Shown one piece after another: positions 51,169-61,143 of a DNA stretch of 64,000 nt. The DNA comes from Phycisphaerales bacterium. Lineage in GTDB: Bacteria > Planctomycetota > Phycisphaerae > Phycisphaerales > UBA1924. A model generated the notes under the pieces. The model was given only the letters and a program-made list of their open reading frames with translations. It made no database searches and was not told where the DNA came from. Each line of letters starts with the position of its first letter. The stretch's first letter is position 1. The DNA is taken from contig JBGANS010000004.1 in assembly GCA_044222195.1 (NCBI GenBank), positions 197,669 through 261,668 of the forward strand, in the 5' to 3' direction. The translations under genes were made by a program, and so were the position numbers.

Positions 51169-53346
51169 ATGAAGACCGTTCGACTCATTCCCGCGGCGGC
51201 GCTCGCCGCTCTCGCTGGCCAGGCCTGTGCCCAGCCGGTTCTCGACGGCATACGTGACGATGCGTTCTACGGCACCACTCCGTTGTGGTCCCAGAATCAG
51301 CCCACGAGCTTCGGAGACAACTCCGGCGCGGTCTGTGACAACACAACCGTCGGTACGCCCGGCGCCGTGCAGACCGGCCTGGAGGTGGTTGTTCCACTTG
51401 CCGCGATCGGCAACCCCACCCTGGCCAACCTGAAGTTCACGGTGTTCATCAACGGTGGCGGACACGACTTTGTCTCGAACCAGGTCCTCGGCGGTGTTCC
51501 CGGGGGGACCGCAAGCCAGGGAACGGCCAACCTCGGCGAGCCGCGGACGATTGACTTCAGCACCATCGCGAACAACCAGTATGTGACCGGCATCTCAAGC
51601 ACATCCTTCATCCCGACGGTGGACGGCAAGATCACCACCACGCCGTTCCCCGGCGACGGTCCGGCCTACGGCCCGATCAAGGCGACACAGACCTGCCGCA
51701 CCGGATTCGGCGATGCCACGCTCGGCGCACCCGGCCAATGCAACGGATCCGAGCTCGATGGCGTGTACGCCGTGGTCAACGGGACCAACCTCCATCTTCT
51801 GATCACGGGCAACTTCGAGACCAACGGAAACAAGGTAGAAATCTTCTTTGACTCAGATCCGGCCGCGGGACAGAACCAGATCACACTGAACAACCCCACA
51901 AACTCGTTCGGTGGCCTTCAGCGCATGGGCCCGAATGCTGATCCGCAGGCCGGACCGGTGGGCCCAGGCCTGAAGTTTGACACGGGCTTCACGGCGGATT
52001 ACTGGCTCAGCGTCAACTGCACGTGGGACGGAGGCACGAGCACCTTCACCGGCTACGTGGACTACGCCCGGCTTGGCGATGTGTCGGCCCCGGCCGATCC
52101 CGGCGTGGGCTACTACGCCGGGTCCTTCGGCGCTCAGACGGATGGCACCCTGACCGGCGGCGATCCGGCGCCCGCTCCCCAGGGAATCCGCGTGACCGTC
52201 GACAACACGAATATCGCCGGCGTTCCAGGCGCCTGCCCGCCCCCTTCGGGCAACCCCAACACCGCCAACGGCTCGGAGATCGACTCGGTCTACGGCCGCA
52301 TCTTCAACGGGAAGCTCTACCTGCTCGTGACCGGCAACGTCAACAGCAACTTCACCAAGCTCAACCTGTTCTTTGACGCCATCAGTGGCGGCCAGCACCG
52401 CCTCCTGCTCAACAACCCGCAGATCGACGTTCAGCCCTTCGCCGACATGTGCGACGACGGCATCAATGCCAACGGTCTGACCTTCGACAAGAGCTTCGAC
52501 GCCGACTTCTGGTTCTCCTACGGCAACGGAAACGTTGGCTCAGGTTCGCCGCCAAGCGTTCAGCAGTACGTCAACGCCCTGGTCCTTCGCACCGACGGCA
52601 TGCGCGTCGACGGCAACGGCTTCCCGCTTGATTACGGCGCGTACGACGGCGGCGACAAGGCCACCAATCAACCCGTGCCCTTCGACGGACCGCTCCTCGA
52701 GCCCCAGCTCCTCGATCAGCAGCTGCTGACCAACTTCGCGCCCCGGTTCGCCGGCGCGGCCGTGCAGTTGACCCCGGCGGCCCCCGTGCCGCCGCCGGCC
52801 GGCAAGTTGAAGGTTGCCTATGACAACTCCAACACGGCGGGGGTGACCGCAGCTTCGGCCGCGGGCGCATCGAGCGTCACCACCGGTCTCGAGATGGAGA
52901 TCGACCTGGCCGAGTTGGCCTGTGTTGAGAATCTTCCCGCGACGTGCCCCACCAATCCCAGCACGATCACCAGCGTCAAGGTCGCCGGCTTCCTGAGCGG
53001 AAACGACGCCAATGGCAACAGCGCTGGCTACACGTTCATGTCCAATCAGGTCATCGGCGGCCTTCCAACCGCTGTCGCCCCCGGGGCGCCACGCACCGTG
53101 AACTTCTCACAGATCGCCGGCAATCAGTACGTGGTCGTTACCAACGCCGGCCCCAACAGCTGCTACGCCAACTGCGACGGGAGCACGGGAGTCCCCGCGC
53201 TGACGGCCAACGACTTCCAGTGCTTCATCAACAAGTACGCCGCGAACAACACGTACGCCAACTGCGACGGGAGCACGGGAATCCCCGCACTGACGGCCAA
53301 CGACTTCCAGTGCTTCATCAACAAGTACGCGGGCGGCTGTCCGTAA
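51169..53346 (+). CDS. Large secreted repeat protein ending in two Cys-containing dockerin-like modules (GC-type dockerin-like, final residues GCP)
   Basis: The ATG at 51169 gives the signal peptide MKTVRLIPAAALAALAGQACAQ. Internal repeats include ..GSELDGVYAVVNGTNLHLLITGNFETNGNKVEIFFD.. and ..GSEIDSVYGRIFNGKLYLLVTGNVNSNFTKLNLFFD.. The C-terminus is YANCDGSTGVPALTANDFQCFINKYAANNT-YANCDGSTGIPALTANDFQCFINKYAGGCP. Confidence 0.7.
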   Translation: MKTVRLIPAAALAALAGQACAQPVLDGIRDDAFYGTTPLWSQNQPTSFGDNSGAVCDNTTVGTPGAVQTGLEVVVPLAAIGNPTLANLKFTVFINGGGHDFVSNQVLGGVPGGTASQGTANLGEPRTIDFSTIANNQYVTGISSTSFIPTVDGKITTTPFPGDGPAYGPIKATQTCRTGFGDATLGAPGQCNGSELDGVYAVVNGTNLHLLITGNFETNGNKVEIFFDSDPAAGQNQITLNNPTNSFGGLQRMGPNADPQAGPVGPGLKFDTGFTADYWLSVNCTWDGGTSTFTGYVDYARLGDVSAPADPGVGYYAGSFGAQTDGTLTGGDPAPAPQGIRVTVDNTNIAGVPGACPPPSGNPNTANGSEIDSVYGRIFNGKLYLLVTGNVNSNFTKLNLFFDAISGGQHRLLLNNPQIDVQPFADMCDDGINANGLTFDKSFDADFWFSYGNGNVGSGSPPSVQQYVNALVLRTDGMRVDGNGFPLDYGAYDGGDKATNQPVPFDGPLLEPQLLDQQLLTNFAPRFAGAAVQLTPAAPVPPPAGKLKVAYDNSNTAGVTAASAAGASSVTTGLEMEIDLAELACVENLPATCPTNPSTITSVKVAGFLSGNDANGNSAGYTFMSNQVIGGLPTAVAPGAPRTVNFSQIAGNQYVVVTNAGPNSCYANCDGSTGVPALTANDFQCFINKYAANNTYANCDGSTGIPALTANDFQCFINKYAGGCP
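53165..53331 (+). repeat. Near-perfect 90-bp tandem duplication (two 77-nt identical-length cores, 2 mismatches)
   Basis: 53165-53241 and 53255-53331 differ at two positions: G/A giving Val/Ile, and a silent G/A. Each copy encodes one YANCDGSTG(V/I)PALTANDFQCFINKYA module. Confidence 0.9.
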
Positions 53347-53372
53347 CGCGGATCAGTTGAACTTCGAATCGC

Positions 53373-53408
53373 GCCGCCCGCCGTATCGGCGGGCGGCCTT
53401 CTTTTTCC
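53373..53408 (+). terminator. Strong intrinsic terminator after the dockerin-like protein gene
   Basis: GCCGCCCGCC (53373-53382), loop GTATC, GGCGGGCGGC (53388-53397), then CTTCTTTTTCC. Confidence 0.75.
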
Positions 53409-53434
53409 GTACGCTGACCAGACCGGAGGCCCCA

Positions 53435-54703
53435 ATGAGAATGCTCATCGCCCTTGTTTCCCTCTGCATCGCCGCGACCGCCGGGGCCCAGCAGATGGCG
53501 CCCGAGTCTTTGCCCCAGGGCTTTATCCTGATCGTCAAGGACAAGTCCGGGCAGTCCAGCACCGAATCGCCCCTGTACCTGGCCTCCAACTGGGGCGGGT
53601 GGGCTCCCGGCGACAGCTCCTACAGGCTGACCGCACGTTCCGACATGCGCTGGCAGATCATCATCAAGCCCCCCGCCAAGGATGCGCCACCGCTGGAGTT
53701 CAAGTTCACGCGCGGATCGTGGGAGATGTGCGAGGTCGCCGCGGACCTTTCGGACATTTCAAACCGCCACCTTGCGCCACTCGACTCCGCGAAGGTCGCC
53801 GCCGACCAACCGCCGACGATCGAACTTGAAGTTGAGAAGTTTTCCGACCAGCGACCCGATTCCCAGGCGAAACGGGCGATCGACCCCTACCGGTCGGTCA
53901 AGGTCACCGGCACGGTCAAGCGGCTCTCCGTTGTGGGAGGAGGAGTTCCCGGGCAGTTCCGCGACACTCTGGTCTGGCTGCCGCCGGGCTATGACGATGC
54001 GGCAAACGCGGGCCGCCGATATCCGGTGCTGTACATGCAGGATGGACAAAACGTGTTCGAGCAGATCCCCGGCGTGCCAGGCGAGTGGCACGCGGATGAA
54101 GTCGCGACCGAGCTAATCGCGGCAGGAAAGATCGAGCCGCTCATCATCGTCGGCGTCCCATACGCAGGCGCTCAGCGCATCGCGGAGTACCTCCCGGTCG
54201 CGGGATTCGGAGATGTAACCCCAGGCGGCGAGGCGTATGTCAGGTTCCTGATCGACGAAGTGATTCCTCGCGTGGACCGTTCCTTTCGCACCGCCGCGGG
54301 AGCAGATCGTCGGGCCATCGGCGGCTCCTCGCTCGGCGGGCTGATCAGCCTGTACGCCGCCGCCAGGCACCCCGACGTCTTCGGGCGGGTGCTCGCGGAG
54401 AGCCCATCGCTCGTCCTCGGCAAGCGCGATCTGGAGCAGGAACTGTTCAGTTCCGTCACCGCCTGGCCATCACGCGTGTACATAGGGATCGGCGGCAAGG
54501 AGTCGGCCGACGCCGCGATGAACGCGTCGCTCGTTGCCGCGGCCAAGTCGCTCTTTGCGCGGCTCGAGACCGCAGGTGTCGCGCCGTCGCATCGGAACAT
54601 CTTCATTGATCAAGAGGCCGTTCACAGCGAGACGGCGTGGGCGAAGCGATTGCCGCAGGCGCTCAGTTTCCTGTTTCCGACAGCTCCGTCAGAGCCGCAG
54701 TGA
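53435..54703 (+). CDS. Secreted esterase-family alpha/beta hydrolase (PF00756-like) with an N-terminal beta-sandwich domain
   Basis: The ATG at 53435 follows GGAGG. Signal peptide MRMLIALVSLCIAATAGAQQ. ..YPVLYMQDGQNVF.. and the nucleophile elbow GGSSLGGLISLYAA are present. The track ORF start at 53357 contains the upstream terminator. Confidence 0.8.
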   Translation: MRMLIALVSLCIAATAGAQQMAPESLPQGFILIVKDKSGQSSTESPLYLASNWGGWAPGDSSYRLTARSDMRWQIIIKPPAKDAPPLEFKFTRGSWEMCEVAADLSDISNRHLAPLDSAKVAADQPPTIELEVEKFSDQRPDSQAKRAIDPYRSVKVTGTVKRLSVVGGGVPGQFRDTLVWLPPGYDDAANAGRRYPVLYMQDGQNVFEQIPGVPGEWHADEVATELIAAGKIEPLIIVGVPYAGAQRIAEYLPVAGFGDVTPGGEAYVRFLIDEVIPRVDRSFRTAAGADRRAIGGSSLGGLISLYAAARHPDVFGRVLAESPSLVLGKRDLEQELFSSVTAWPSRVYIGIGGKESADAAMNASLVAAAKSLFARLETAGVAPSHRNIFIDQEAVHSETAWAKRLPQALSFLFPTAPSEPQ

Positions 54704-55240
54704 GGCCACTTCGGCGTGCTCGGCGCCACCTGGCCGCAGCGCGCTGCTCATCAGCGCAATACGCTCAACGGGAAACGGTGGAAGGTACATGCGCTCCTCG
54801 AGTCTCGCCACCCGGGCATCATTGGCGAATCTGCACAGCGTAAAGTGTGGCAGAAACCGGTCGCCGGCCTTCGCACGGGGAGAGCGGGCGAGGCGAACGG
54901 CGAGTCGGCGGTGAGCCTCCAGGAGGACGCCGGGCGCATCGGTTTCCATCGCCACCAGCCTCGGCCACCCCTCGTCGGGCAGCATGATCACCCTCGTTGG
55001 TTGCAGGACGAAGGGGCCAAGTCCAGCGACCGAACGCGATACCGATTCTGTGACCTCATCGAGTTCGCGTGCCGCCGTATCTCCAATGAACAAGAGGGTC
55101 ATGTGGACCTGGTCGATGGGCGTCTCGCGGCACTCCGGCCACCGGTTTCCCTTCAACGGCCGCATGGCAGCGAGCATCGCTCGGCATGCGTCCTGCGGCG
55201 GGTAGACAGCGACGAAGAGCCTGAGCGGCCGAGCGCTCAC
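54689..55240 (-). CDS. thpR: RNA 2',3'-cyclic phosphodiesterase (2H phosphoesterase, ThpR/LigT-like)
   Basis: It has two HxT/S motifs (..VHMTLLFIG.. and ..PHFTLCRF..) in a ~180-aa protein starting ..LRLFVAVYPP... The GTG start overlaps the upstream stop. Confidence 0.8.
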   Translation of the reverse strand: MSARPLRLFVAVYPPQDACRAMLAAMRPLKGNRWPECRETPIDQVHMTLLFIGDTAARELDEVTESVSRSVAGLGPFVLQPTRVIMLPDEGWPRLVAMETDAPGVLLEAHRRLAVRLARSPRAKAGDRFLPHFTLCRFANDARVARLEERMYLPPFPVERIALMSSALRPGGAEHAEVASLRL

Positions 55241-56376
55241 CGTGCAAACCGCTTCGTGGACAGGAACTCGATCGGAAGGTCCGATCGCCCCATCGTGGCC
55301 AAGTCCGCCAGCGCTTCTCCCAGAACCGGCGCAAACTTGAACCCGTGACCACTGAAACCACAGGCGAAGACCACGTTCGGGTGCTGCGGGTGCCGATCGA
55401 TGATGAAGTGCCCATCCGGAGAGTTGGTGTACATGCAGACGCAGGTTTTCACTGTCGGCCCCGCGGCCTTGGCGAGGTACCGGCCCAGTACCGATCGGAA
55501 TGTCGCCTCATCATCCGGCGTCACAGTCTTGTCGAGCGCGTGCGGCTTCGTCTCCCGCCCGGGTGCGTGCAACGCCAGCTTGAGCCCCCGGTCACCCTCC
55601 ATGATCGGGAACCCGTAGTGCAGCCTGCCGGGCCCATCCCCAACCGCCCAGCACGGAAATCCACCGCCGCCGTGCTGGCCTTCAAACTCCCGGGGATGCG
55701 GAGGCATTACCCAACCCAGAACTTGTCGCGTGACCACGAGCGGAGCGCCCGTATCAGACACCAGCTGCGAGGTCCAGGCACCCGCGGTGACTATCAGACT
55801 GCGGGCTTGGTGCGTTCCCGCCGAGGTGGTCACGGTCACGCCCTTGGGCGTTGCAGACCAACCGAGCACCTGTTGGGACTCGAGGAGCATCGCGCCCTTG
55901 TCGCGCGCCCGGTCGGCAAGCGCTTTCACCGAGGGTTCGGCGAGTACAAACCCGGCCCGGGCCTCAAACAGGCCGACGTGATCATCCGGCACGTTGAACT
56001 GTGGGAACTCCGCCGCCACCTGGTTCCATGACAGCGTTCGGTGTTCAACGCCGTGACGCACGGCCGAGTCGAGTGTACCGCGAATCAACTCATCCTCCGG
56101 GCGCCCGATGTACACCATCCCTACTTCATGCAACAGTCGCAAACCCGACTTCGCTTCGAGCTCTCTCCATTGGCTATACGCCCGTTTCAGCAGCGGCACA
56201 TAATCGGGATGCTCGTAATACGCGATCCGGAATATCCGCGTTCGCCCATGGTGCGACCCGCGATTGTGAGCGATCGTGAACTGTTCGAGCCCGAGCACAT
56301 CGGCCCCGCGTCGGGCGAGGCTCTCGCAGGCCGCGGCACCGAAGGTCCCCACGCCGATCACGATCGCATCGTGCAT
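55237..56376 (-). CDS. Monomeric sarcosine oxidase / N-methyl-L-tryptophan oxidase family flavoprotein
   Basis: The FAD fold reads MHDAIVIGVGTFGAAACESLARRGADVLGLEQ. ..CVCMYTNSPDGHFIID.. is the covalent-FAD Cys context. ..GFSGHGFKFAPVLGE.. is typical of MSOX/SolA. Confidence 0.8.
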   Translation of the reverse strand: MHDAIVIGVGTFGAAACESLARRGADVLGLEQFTIAHNRGSHHGRTRIFRIAYYEHPDYVPLLKRAYSQWRELEAKSGLRLLHEVGMVYIGRPEDELIRGTLDSAVRHGVEHRTLSWNQVAAEFPQFNVPDDHVGLFEARAGFVLAEPSVKALADRARDKGAMLLESQQVLGWSATPKGVTVTTSAGTHQARSLIVTAGAWTSQLVSDTGAPLVVTRQVLGWVMPPHPREFEGQHGGGGFPCWAVGDGPGRLHYGFPIMEGDRGLKLALHAPGRETKPHALDKTVTPDDEATFRSVLGRYLAKAAGPTVKTCVCMYTNSPDGHFIIDRHPQHPNVVFACGFSGHGFKFAPVLGEALADLATMGRSDLPIEFLSTKRFAR

Positions 56377-56387
56377 GGCGGTCCCCG

Positions 56388-57362
56388 TCAGTAGTTGGGC
56401 GTCGGCGCCCGGAAGCTCGCGAAGTCGATCGACCTGAAGTACGCGATCGTCTTGGCCAGCCCCTCGCGCAGCGCGATCTTGGGCTGCCAGTCCAGCTTCG
56501 CCTTCGCGAGCGTGATATCCGGCTTCCGCTGCGTCGGATCATCCTCGACCGCGGGCTTGTAGACGATCTTTGACTTGGATCCCGTCAGCTCCAGGACGAT
56601 TTCGGCAAGCTGTTTGATCGTGAACTCACCCGGATTCCCGACGTTAACAGGCCCCACAAACTCATCCGGACCGTTCATCATCCGGATGATCCCTTCAATC
56701 AGGTCGTCCGCATAGCAGAACGAACGGGTCTGGGATCCACCGCCGAATATCGTGATTTCCTGGCCGAGAAGCGCCTGGCGGATGAAGTTGCTGACCACCC
56801 GCCCGTCATACGGGTGCATCCGGGGCCCGTAGGTGTTGAAGATCCGCACGACGCGGATATTCAGCTTGTGCGCACGGTTGTAGTCAAAGAACAGCGTCTC
56901 CGCCGCGCGCTTCCCCTCGTCATAGCACGCCCGCGGCCCGATGGGATTCACACTCCCGCGATAGCTTTCAGGCTGCGGGTGCACCTCGGGGTCGCCATAA
57001 ACCTCGCTGGTTGAGAACTGCAGCACCTTCGCCCGGCAGCGCTTGGCCATGCCCAGCATGTTGATCGCGCCCATCACGCTCGTCTTCATGGTCTTGATGG
57101 GGTTGTACTGGTAGTGGCCCGGCGCCGCCGGACACGCCGCGTTGTAGATTTCGTCCACCTCGAGCGAGATGGGATTCACCACATCGTGCCGAATGAACTC
57201 AAAGTTCTTTCGGCCCAGGAGGTGCTCGATGTTGCTCTTTTGGCTGGTGAACAAGTTGTCGAGGCAGATGATGTCGTGCCCCTGTTCCACCAGGCGGTCA
57301 CAGAGGTGCGACCCGAGAAACCCGGCCCCGCCAGTAACGAGAATGCGCTTGACCTTGTGCAT
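56388..57362 (-). CDS. UDP-glucuronate decarboxylase (UDP-xylose synthase)
   Basis: The ATG at 57362 reads [40 protein letters not shown].. It also has ..STSEVYGDP.., ..YDEGKRAAE.. and ..[10 protein letters not shown]... The track ORF extension to 57707 overlaps the neighbouring gene. Confidence 0.9.
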   Translation of the reverse strand: MHKVKRILVTGGAGFLGSHLCDRLVEQGHDIICLDNLFTSQKSNIEHLLGRKNFEFIRHDVVNPISLEVDEIYNAACPAAPGHYQYNPIKTMKTSVMGAINMLGMAKRCRAKVLQFSTSEVYGDPEVHPQPESYRGSVNPIGPRACYDEGKRAAETLFFDYNRAHKLNIRVVRIFNTYGPRMHPYDGRVVSNFIRQALLGQEITIFGGGSQTRSFCYADDLIEGIIRMMNGPDEFVGPVNVGNPGEFTIKQLAEIVLELTGSKSKIVYKPAVEDDPTQRKPDITLAKAKLDWQPKIALREGLAKTIAYFRSIDFASFRAPTPNY

Positions 57363-57412
57363 GCGGGTAGAGGGTAGCGACCCCCGTCTGACCAAGCCCA
57401 CTCCCGGCTCCG

Positions 57413-58429
57413 CTACCGGCTGAGAAACTTCGCGTAGCCCCCCATCGCGGCCAACGGCTCGTGCCGGGGCTTCCAGCCCAACCCCTTTGAGGTCTCGGTC
57501 ATGTCCGCGCAGGTGTAGTCCTGATAGAACGCCCGAACTTCTGCGGGCATTTCGAAGAACTCCGTCGGCCGCTCCTGCGCCGACAGCCCAAGCGCTCCGC
57601 GAACAGCGTCCGCCATCTGGTTGAAGCTCGTGGCGACGCCCGACCCCAGGTTGTAGACGCCGGGCCGGGGCTTTCTCTTGCCCAATCCTGCCGCGGCGAG
57701 GGTGCACTCTACCACATCATCAACGTACACCTGGTCGCGAGCCTGGGAACCGTCCGCAAATAGCCGAGGCCGCTTTCCGGCCAGCATCTGGCGGGCTAAC
57801 TGCCACACCATCGACGCCATTTTCCCCTTGCGTGCTTCTCCCGGCCCAAACACGTTGAAGTAGCGAAGCCCGACCACCATCGGTTCACGGTCTCGCCGTT
57901 TCTTGATTCTTTCGCTGTACCGCCGGTGCTCGCACTCCATCAGCCACTTCGAGAATCCGTACACGTTGTTCGGCTGGCCCGCGGCAGACAGCGGGAAAGG
58001 CTTCCGCTCCGCGGTCTGTGGCGGCGTTCCATAGGTCGCGGCGCTCGACGCATATACCAGCGGCGTCTTGGCTTCGTCGCACGCCTCCAGCATTCCGGCA
58101 AAACCTTCGACGTTCTCCCGAATCATCGAGGACTCGTTCGACACCGTCGTGTCGGTGATCGCCCCGATGTGAAACACCGCATCGGCGGGATACTCCTCGA
58201 GCACCTCAGCAAAGTCGGCTTCCGCCGTGGAGAGAGCCAGCATCCCGCCATCAAAGGGGCCGAGGCCTCGTCGTGCGCACGCCTCAACGATGTTGGCAAA
58301 GGACCCACTTCGCAGCGAATCCATCACGAGCACATACGGTCGAGGAGTCCGCGCCAGCAACGACGCGACGAGGTTGGACCCGACAAACCCCGAGCCGCCG
58401 GTCACAATGAAGGTGGGTCGCTTAGACAT
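57413..58429 (-). CDS. NAD-dependent sugar-nucleotide epimerase (ADP-glyceromanno-heptose 6-epimerase HldD-like)
   Basis: The Rossmann motif [15 protein letters not shown] is present. ..[11 protein letters not shown].., ..[11 protein letters not shown].. and ..YGFSKWLME.. resemble HldD/RfaD. Substrate is uncertain. Confidence 0.65.
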   Translation of the reverse strand: MSKRPTFIVTGGSGFVGSNLVASLLARTPRPYVLVMDSLRSGSFANIVEACARRGLGPFDGGMLALSTAEADFAEVLEEYPADAVFHIGAITDTTVSNESSMIRENVEGFAGMLEACDEAKTPLVYASSAATYGTPPQTAERKPFPLSAAGQPNNVYGFSKWLMECEHRRYSERIKKRRDREPMVVGLRYFNVFGPGEARKGKMASMVWQLARQMLAGKRPRLFADGSQARDQVYVDDVVECTLAAAGLGKRKPRPGVYNLGSGVATSFNQMADAVRGALGLSAQERPTEFFEMPAEVRAFYQDYTCADMTETSKGLGWKPRHEPLAAMGGYAKFLSR

Positions 58430-58483
58430 GGGCGGGATAGTAGGAACCCGCCGTCATCGTCACCATTCTCAGACTCGCGCCCG

Positions 58484-58654
58484 TCACACCTTGCCACGCC
58501 GCACCAGACCGCGGAGCAACGTGATGACGAACAACACGAGGAACAGGACAAAGAGCATTTGGGCGATATTCGCTGCCCCGGCAGCGAGCCCGGTGAATCC
58601 GAACAAGGCCGCGACGATGGCCACGACGAAAAACACGAATGCCCAGTACAACAC
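58484..58654 (-). CDS. DUF1328 family small membrane protein
   Basis: From the GTG at 58654 it reads (M)LYWAFVFFVVAIVAALFGFTGLAAGAANIAQMLFVLFLVLFVITLL, which matches the DUF1328 (YtjA-like) pattern. The track ORF start at 58705 is probably over-extended. Confidence 0.7.
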   Translation of the reverse strand: MLYWAFVFFVVAIVAALFGFTGLAAGAANIAQMLFVLFLVLFVITLLRGLVRRGKV

Positions 58655-58723
58655 GTGATGCCTTTCATGAGAGGTCTGGACCGGCGCCAGCACCGGCCCC
58701 AGCAAGTTGCCCTCGCCGCCCTT

Positions 58724-60274
58724 TCACTTTCTGTCCCACGCGGGCTTCCCGCCCGAATCCAAAATGACGGTGCGTTCCCCGTTGCGTGTCAAGGAACGCG
58801 CGAGCAGATAGCTCCCCCCGAGCACATGCGTTGTAGACACGGAGACTTCGACGGTGTCCCCCGGTTGTGCGGCGAGCTTCTGCTTGTCCATGTACCAGGC
58901 CGGCCCGAGCAGAACGAGCTTCTCCTCCATGCCTTCCCGGATCTTGATGGCCTTGGCAGGTTGAATCCCTCCGTCGAAAGCAACTTCCGTGACCTCGGTC
59001 ACCCGCCCGCGGAGCGTCCGTTCCGTACCCGGCTCAATCGAAGCGATGACCGGACCCTTGACAGACCATGCATCCGAGGTGCTGGCCGCCGCAAGCGGCA
59101 CCCGCTTTGCCGCTTCGAACTTCGGGGTTGCCACCTTGAATGCCTCGTACACCCCGTTCGCTCGGTCGCCGCGCCCCAGGTCTTCGACTTTCGCAGGCGT
59201 CTCCGGACTTGCCAGGATCATCTCCTTGGAGGCATCAATCCGTACCATTTCATCCAGAGTCACCGAGCACACCGACCAGGGGACCAGGCGCTTGGTATCG
59301 CTGATGCCGAGGAACGCCTGGTTCGGGTCGATCGATACGAACGCGATGTCCCCCGACCCCCGCTCCAGGATCAGCTCATGGATCTTTCCACATTCCTCTC
59401 CGCGGCAATCCACCCGAACGCCACGGAGAGTGCTGGCCAGGATGTAACGCCAATACGTCGTCGCCGAACCGCCCACGGGCTTGGAAGTCTTGAGGGTCCA
59501 CGCCGGGAGGCCCTCGCTGTCCCGCAGCCGGAACTCCCGCCCCGCTGCCTTGATCTTCGTGGCTACTGAAAGCTGATCCGGATCGCGCGCGAGCGCAAGC
59601 GTTTCCACCTCGACGTGATCCCCTCGCATCGGCGTTACAGCCCCACCGGCGATGAACCACGACGGACCCAGCGCCACCCTCTTGACCGATCCGTCCTTCG
59701 CCGTGATCGTCACCTGCGTGTGCTCGCCAAACGAAGCCCTTCGCACACGTTCCACTTTCGAGACCTCGCCTTCGACATGAGCGGGCTTGGCGCTGTCCAG
59801 GCTTCCGGAATAAGGATCCGCCTGGTTCTGGCCCAGTTGTTCCGACAACCGGTCCCCCTGCCCTTCGCGCGATTCAACCATGGCTGACCACGACTTGGCA
59901 GAGAACTCCGGAAGTCGTTCGATTTGCGCGTGCGTCGCGGAAAGCACCAACCGCTCGCCGCCCGACTCCCACGAGAACGCTCCGTAGGGAATCGCAACGG
60001 CACGCCCCCCCATCCCGAGCACCGTTCCCGTCTTCACCACCAGGAACTCGATGGACCCCGTGCCTCGGTCGACAATCGCGTCCGACGCCGCCCCCACTTC
60101 CTCCGCCGAACCGTTGACGACTTTGCGACCGTCCAACCAGCCGCCCGCTCGGAACTCGAGCGGAGGTCGGGCGAGCGATTCCGCGGGCTGAGACGCCACA
60201 ATCAGGTGCGCGCCCGACGGCAGTCCAGCCGCGGCGACGATCAAGGAGAGCAGTGCAGCGCATCGAGCTTTCAT
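58724..60274 (-). CDS. Secreted protein with two PRC-barrel-like domains and repeated small beta (OB/MamS-MamX-like) modules
   Basis: The ATG at 60274 gives the signal peptide MKARCAALLSLIVAAAGLPSGA. PRC-like segments are ..VGAASDAIVDRGTGSIEFLVVKTGTVLGMGGRAVAIPYGAF.. and ..GKIHELILERGSGDIAFVSIDPNQAFLGISDTKRLVPWS.. Repeated ..G.V..V......V.LGP.W......GD.VEV.. modules are present. Confidence 0.6.
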   Translation of the reverse strand: MKARCAALLSLIVAAAGLPSGAHLIVASQPAESLARPPLEFRAGGWLDGRKVVNGSAEEVGAASDAIVDRGTGSIEFLVVKTGTVLGMGGRAVAIPYGAFSWESGGERLVLSATHAQIERLPEFSAKSWSAMVESREGQGDRLSEQLGQNQADPYSGSLDSAKPAHVEGEVSKVERVRRASFGEHTQVTITAKDGSVKRVALGPSWFIAGGAVTPMRGDHVEVETLALARDPDQLSVATKIKAAGREFRLRDSEGLPAWTLKTSKPVGGSATTYWRYILASTLRGVRVDCRGEECGKIHELILERGSGDIAFVSIDPNQAFLGISDTKRLVPWSVCSVTLDEMVRIDASKEMILASPETPAKVEDLGRGDRANGVYEAFKVATPKFEAAKRVPLAAASTSDAWSVKGPVIASIEPGTERTLRGRVTEVTEVAFDGGIQPAKAIKIREGMEEKLVLLGPAWYMDKQKLAAQPGDTVEVSVSTTHVLGGSYLLARSLTRNGERTVILDSGGKPAWDRK

Positions 60275-60459
60275 GGACCAACCTCCTGTCCCGTAGGGGA
60301 CCACGTTCGCCAATCGAGTCCTGTCGAAAGGACTTCCCGACGTCTATGCCGGTGCAGATGAGATTCAGGTGAAACGGCTCTCATTCATGGGTCGCAGATC
60401 AGAGGCCACAGGGCGTGCATGTATACTCTGTACCTGTTCGATCACAAGGAAGGGCGCCG

Positions 60460-61143
60460 ATGAGAGTGCTGATCGTCGACGACAACCCGAAAATGGCCGC
60501 GGCACTCCAGAAAGGTTTGCGCGAGCACGGCATGGCCCCCGACGTTTCGCACACCGGCTTTGACGGTGAAGAAGCGGCCGCTACGGGTGTGTACGACTTG
60601 ATCCTGCTGGACCTCATGCTCCCCGACCGAGACGGCGTGGAAGTGTGCAGGAACCTGCGCCGCCGCGGCGTAAAGTCCAAGGTCCTCATGCTCACGGCGC
60701 TCTCGACGACGGCCAACAAGATTGACGGTCTTGACTCCGGCGCCGACGACTACCTCACCAAGCCATTCGAGTTCGAAGAACTGCTCGCGCGTGTGCGGGC
60801 GCTCCTCCGTCGCGGCGATGCGTCCGAGTCCAGGTTTCTTCGCTGCCAGGACCTGGAACTGGATCTCTACACGCGCATCGCCAAGCGTGCCGGCCAGTCC
60901 GTCGAGCTGTCGAACAAGGAGTACGCACTTCTTGAGTACTTCATGCGAAATCCCAACCGCGTGCTCTCGCGGACGCAGATCGCGGAAAAGGTGTGGGACA
61001 TGAACTTCGAACCCGGGAGCAACGTCGTCGATGTGTACATCTCGGCGTTGCGCAAAAAGCTTGATCGCGGGCACCAACAGGGTCTGATCCACACTATCAA
61101 GGGCGTCGGCTACCGGTTCGGAGTTGTGGACCCGGCCGAATGA
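60460..61143 (+). CDS. OmpR-family response regulator transcription factor
   Basis: The ATG at 60460 follows AAGGAAGGG. The REC domain reads MRVLIVDDNPKM..DLILLDLMLPDRDG..MLTA. The winged-helix part reads ..LSNKEYALLEYFMRNPNRVLSRTQI..VDVYISALRKKLD..IHTIKGVGYRF. Confidence 0.9.
   Translation: MRVLIVDDNPKMAAALQKGLREHGMAPDVSHTGFDGEEAAATGVYDLILLDLMLPDRDGVEVCRNLRRRGVKSKVLMLTALSTTANKIDGLDSGADDYLTKPFEFEELLARVRALLRRGDASESRFLRCQDLELDLYTRIAKRAGQSVELSNKEYALLEYFMRNPNRVLSRTQIAEKVWDMNFEPGSNVVDVYISALRKKLDRGHQQGLIHTIKGVGYRFGVVDPAE

Noticed and set aside
57926-59569. 547-aa plus-strand ORF overlapping the epimerase, DUF1328 and PRC-barrel genes
   Set aside because: It lies antisense to three genes with recognisable motifs and strong start contexts. 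Its translation is Arg/His/Pro-rich with no domain signature.
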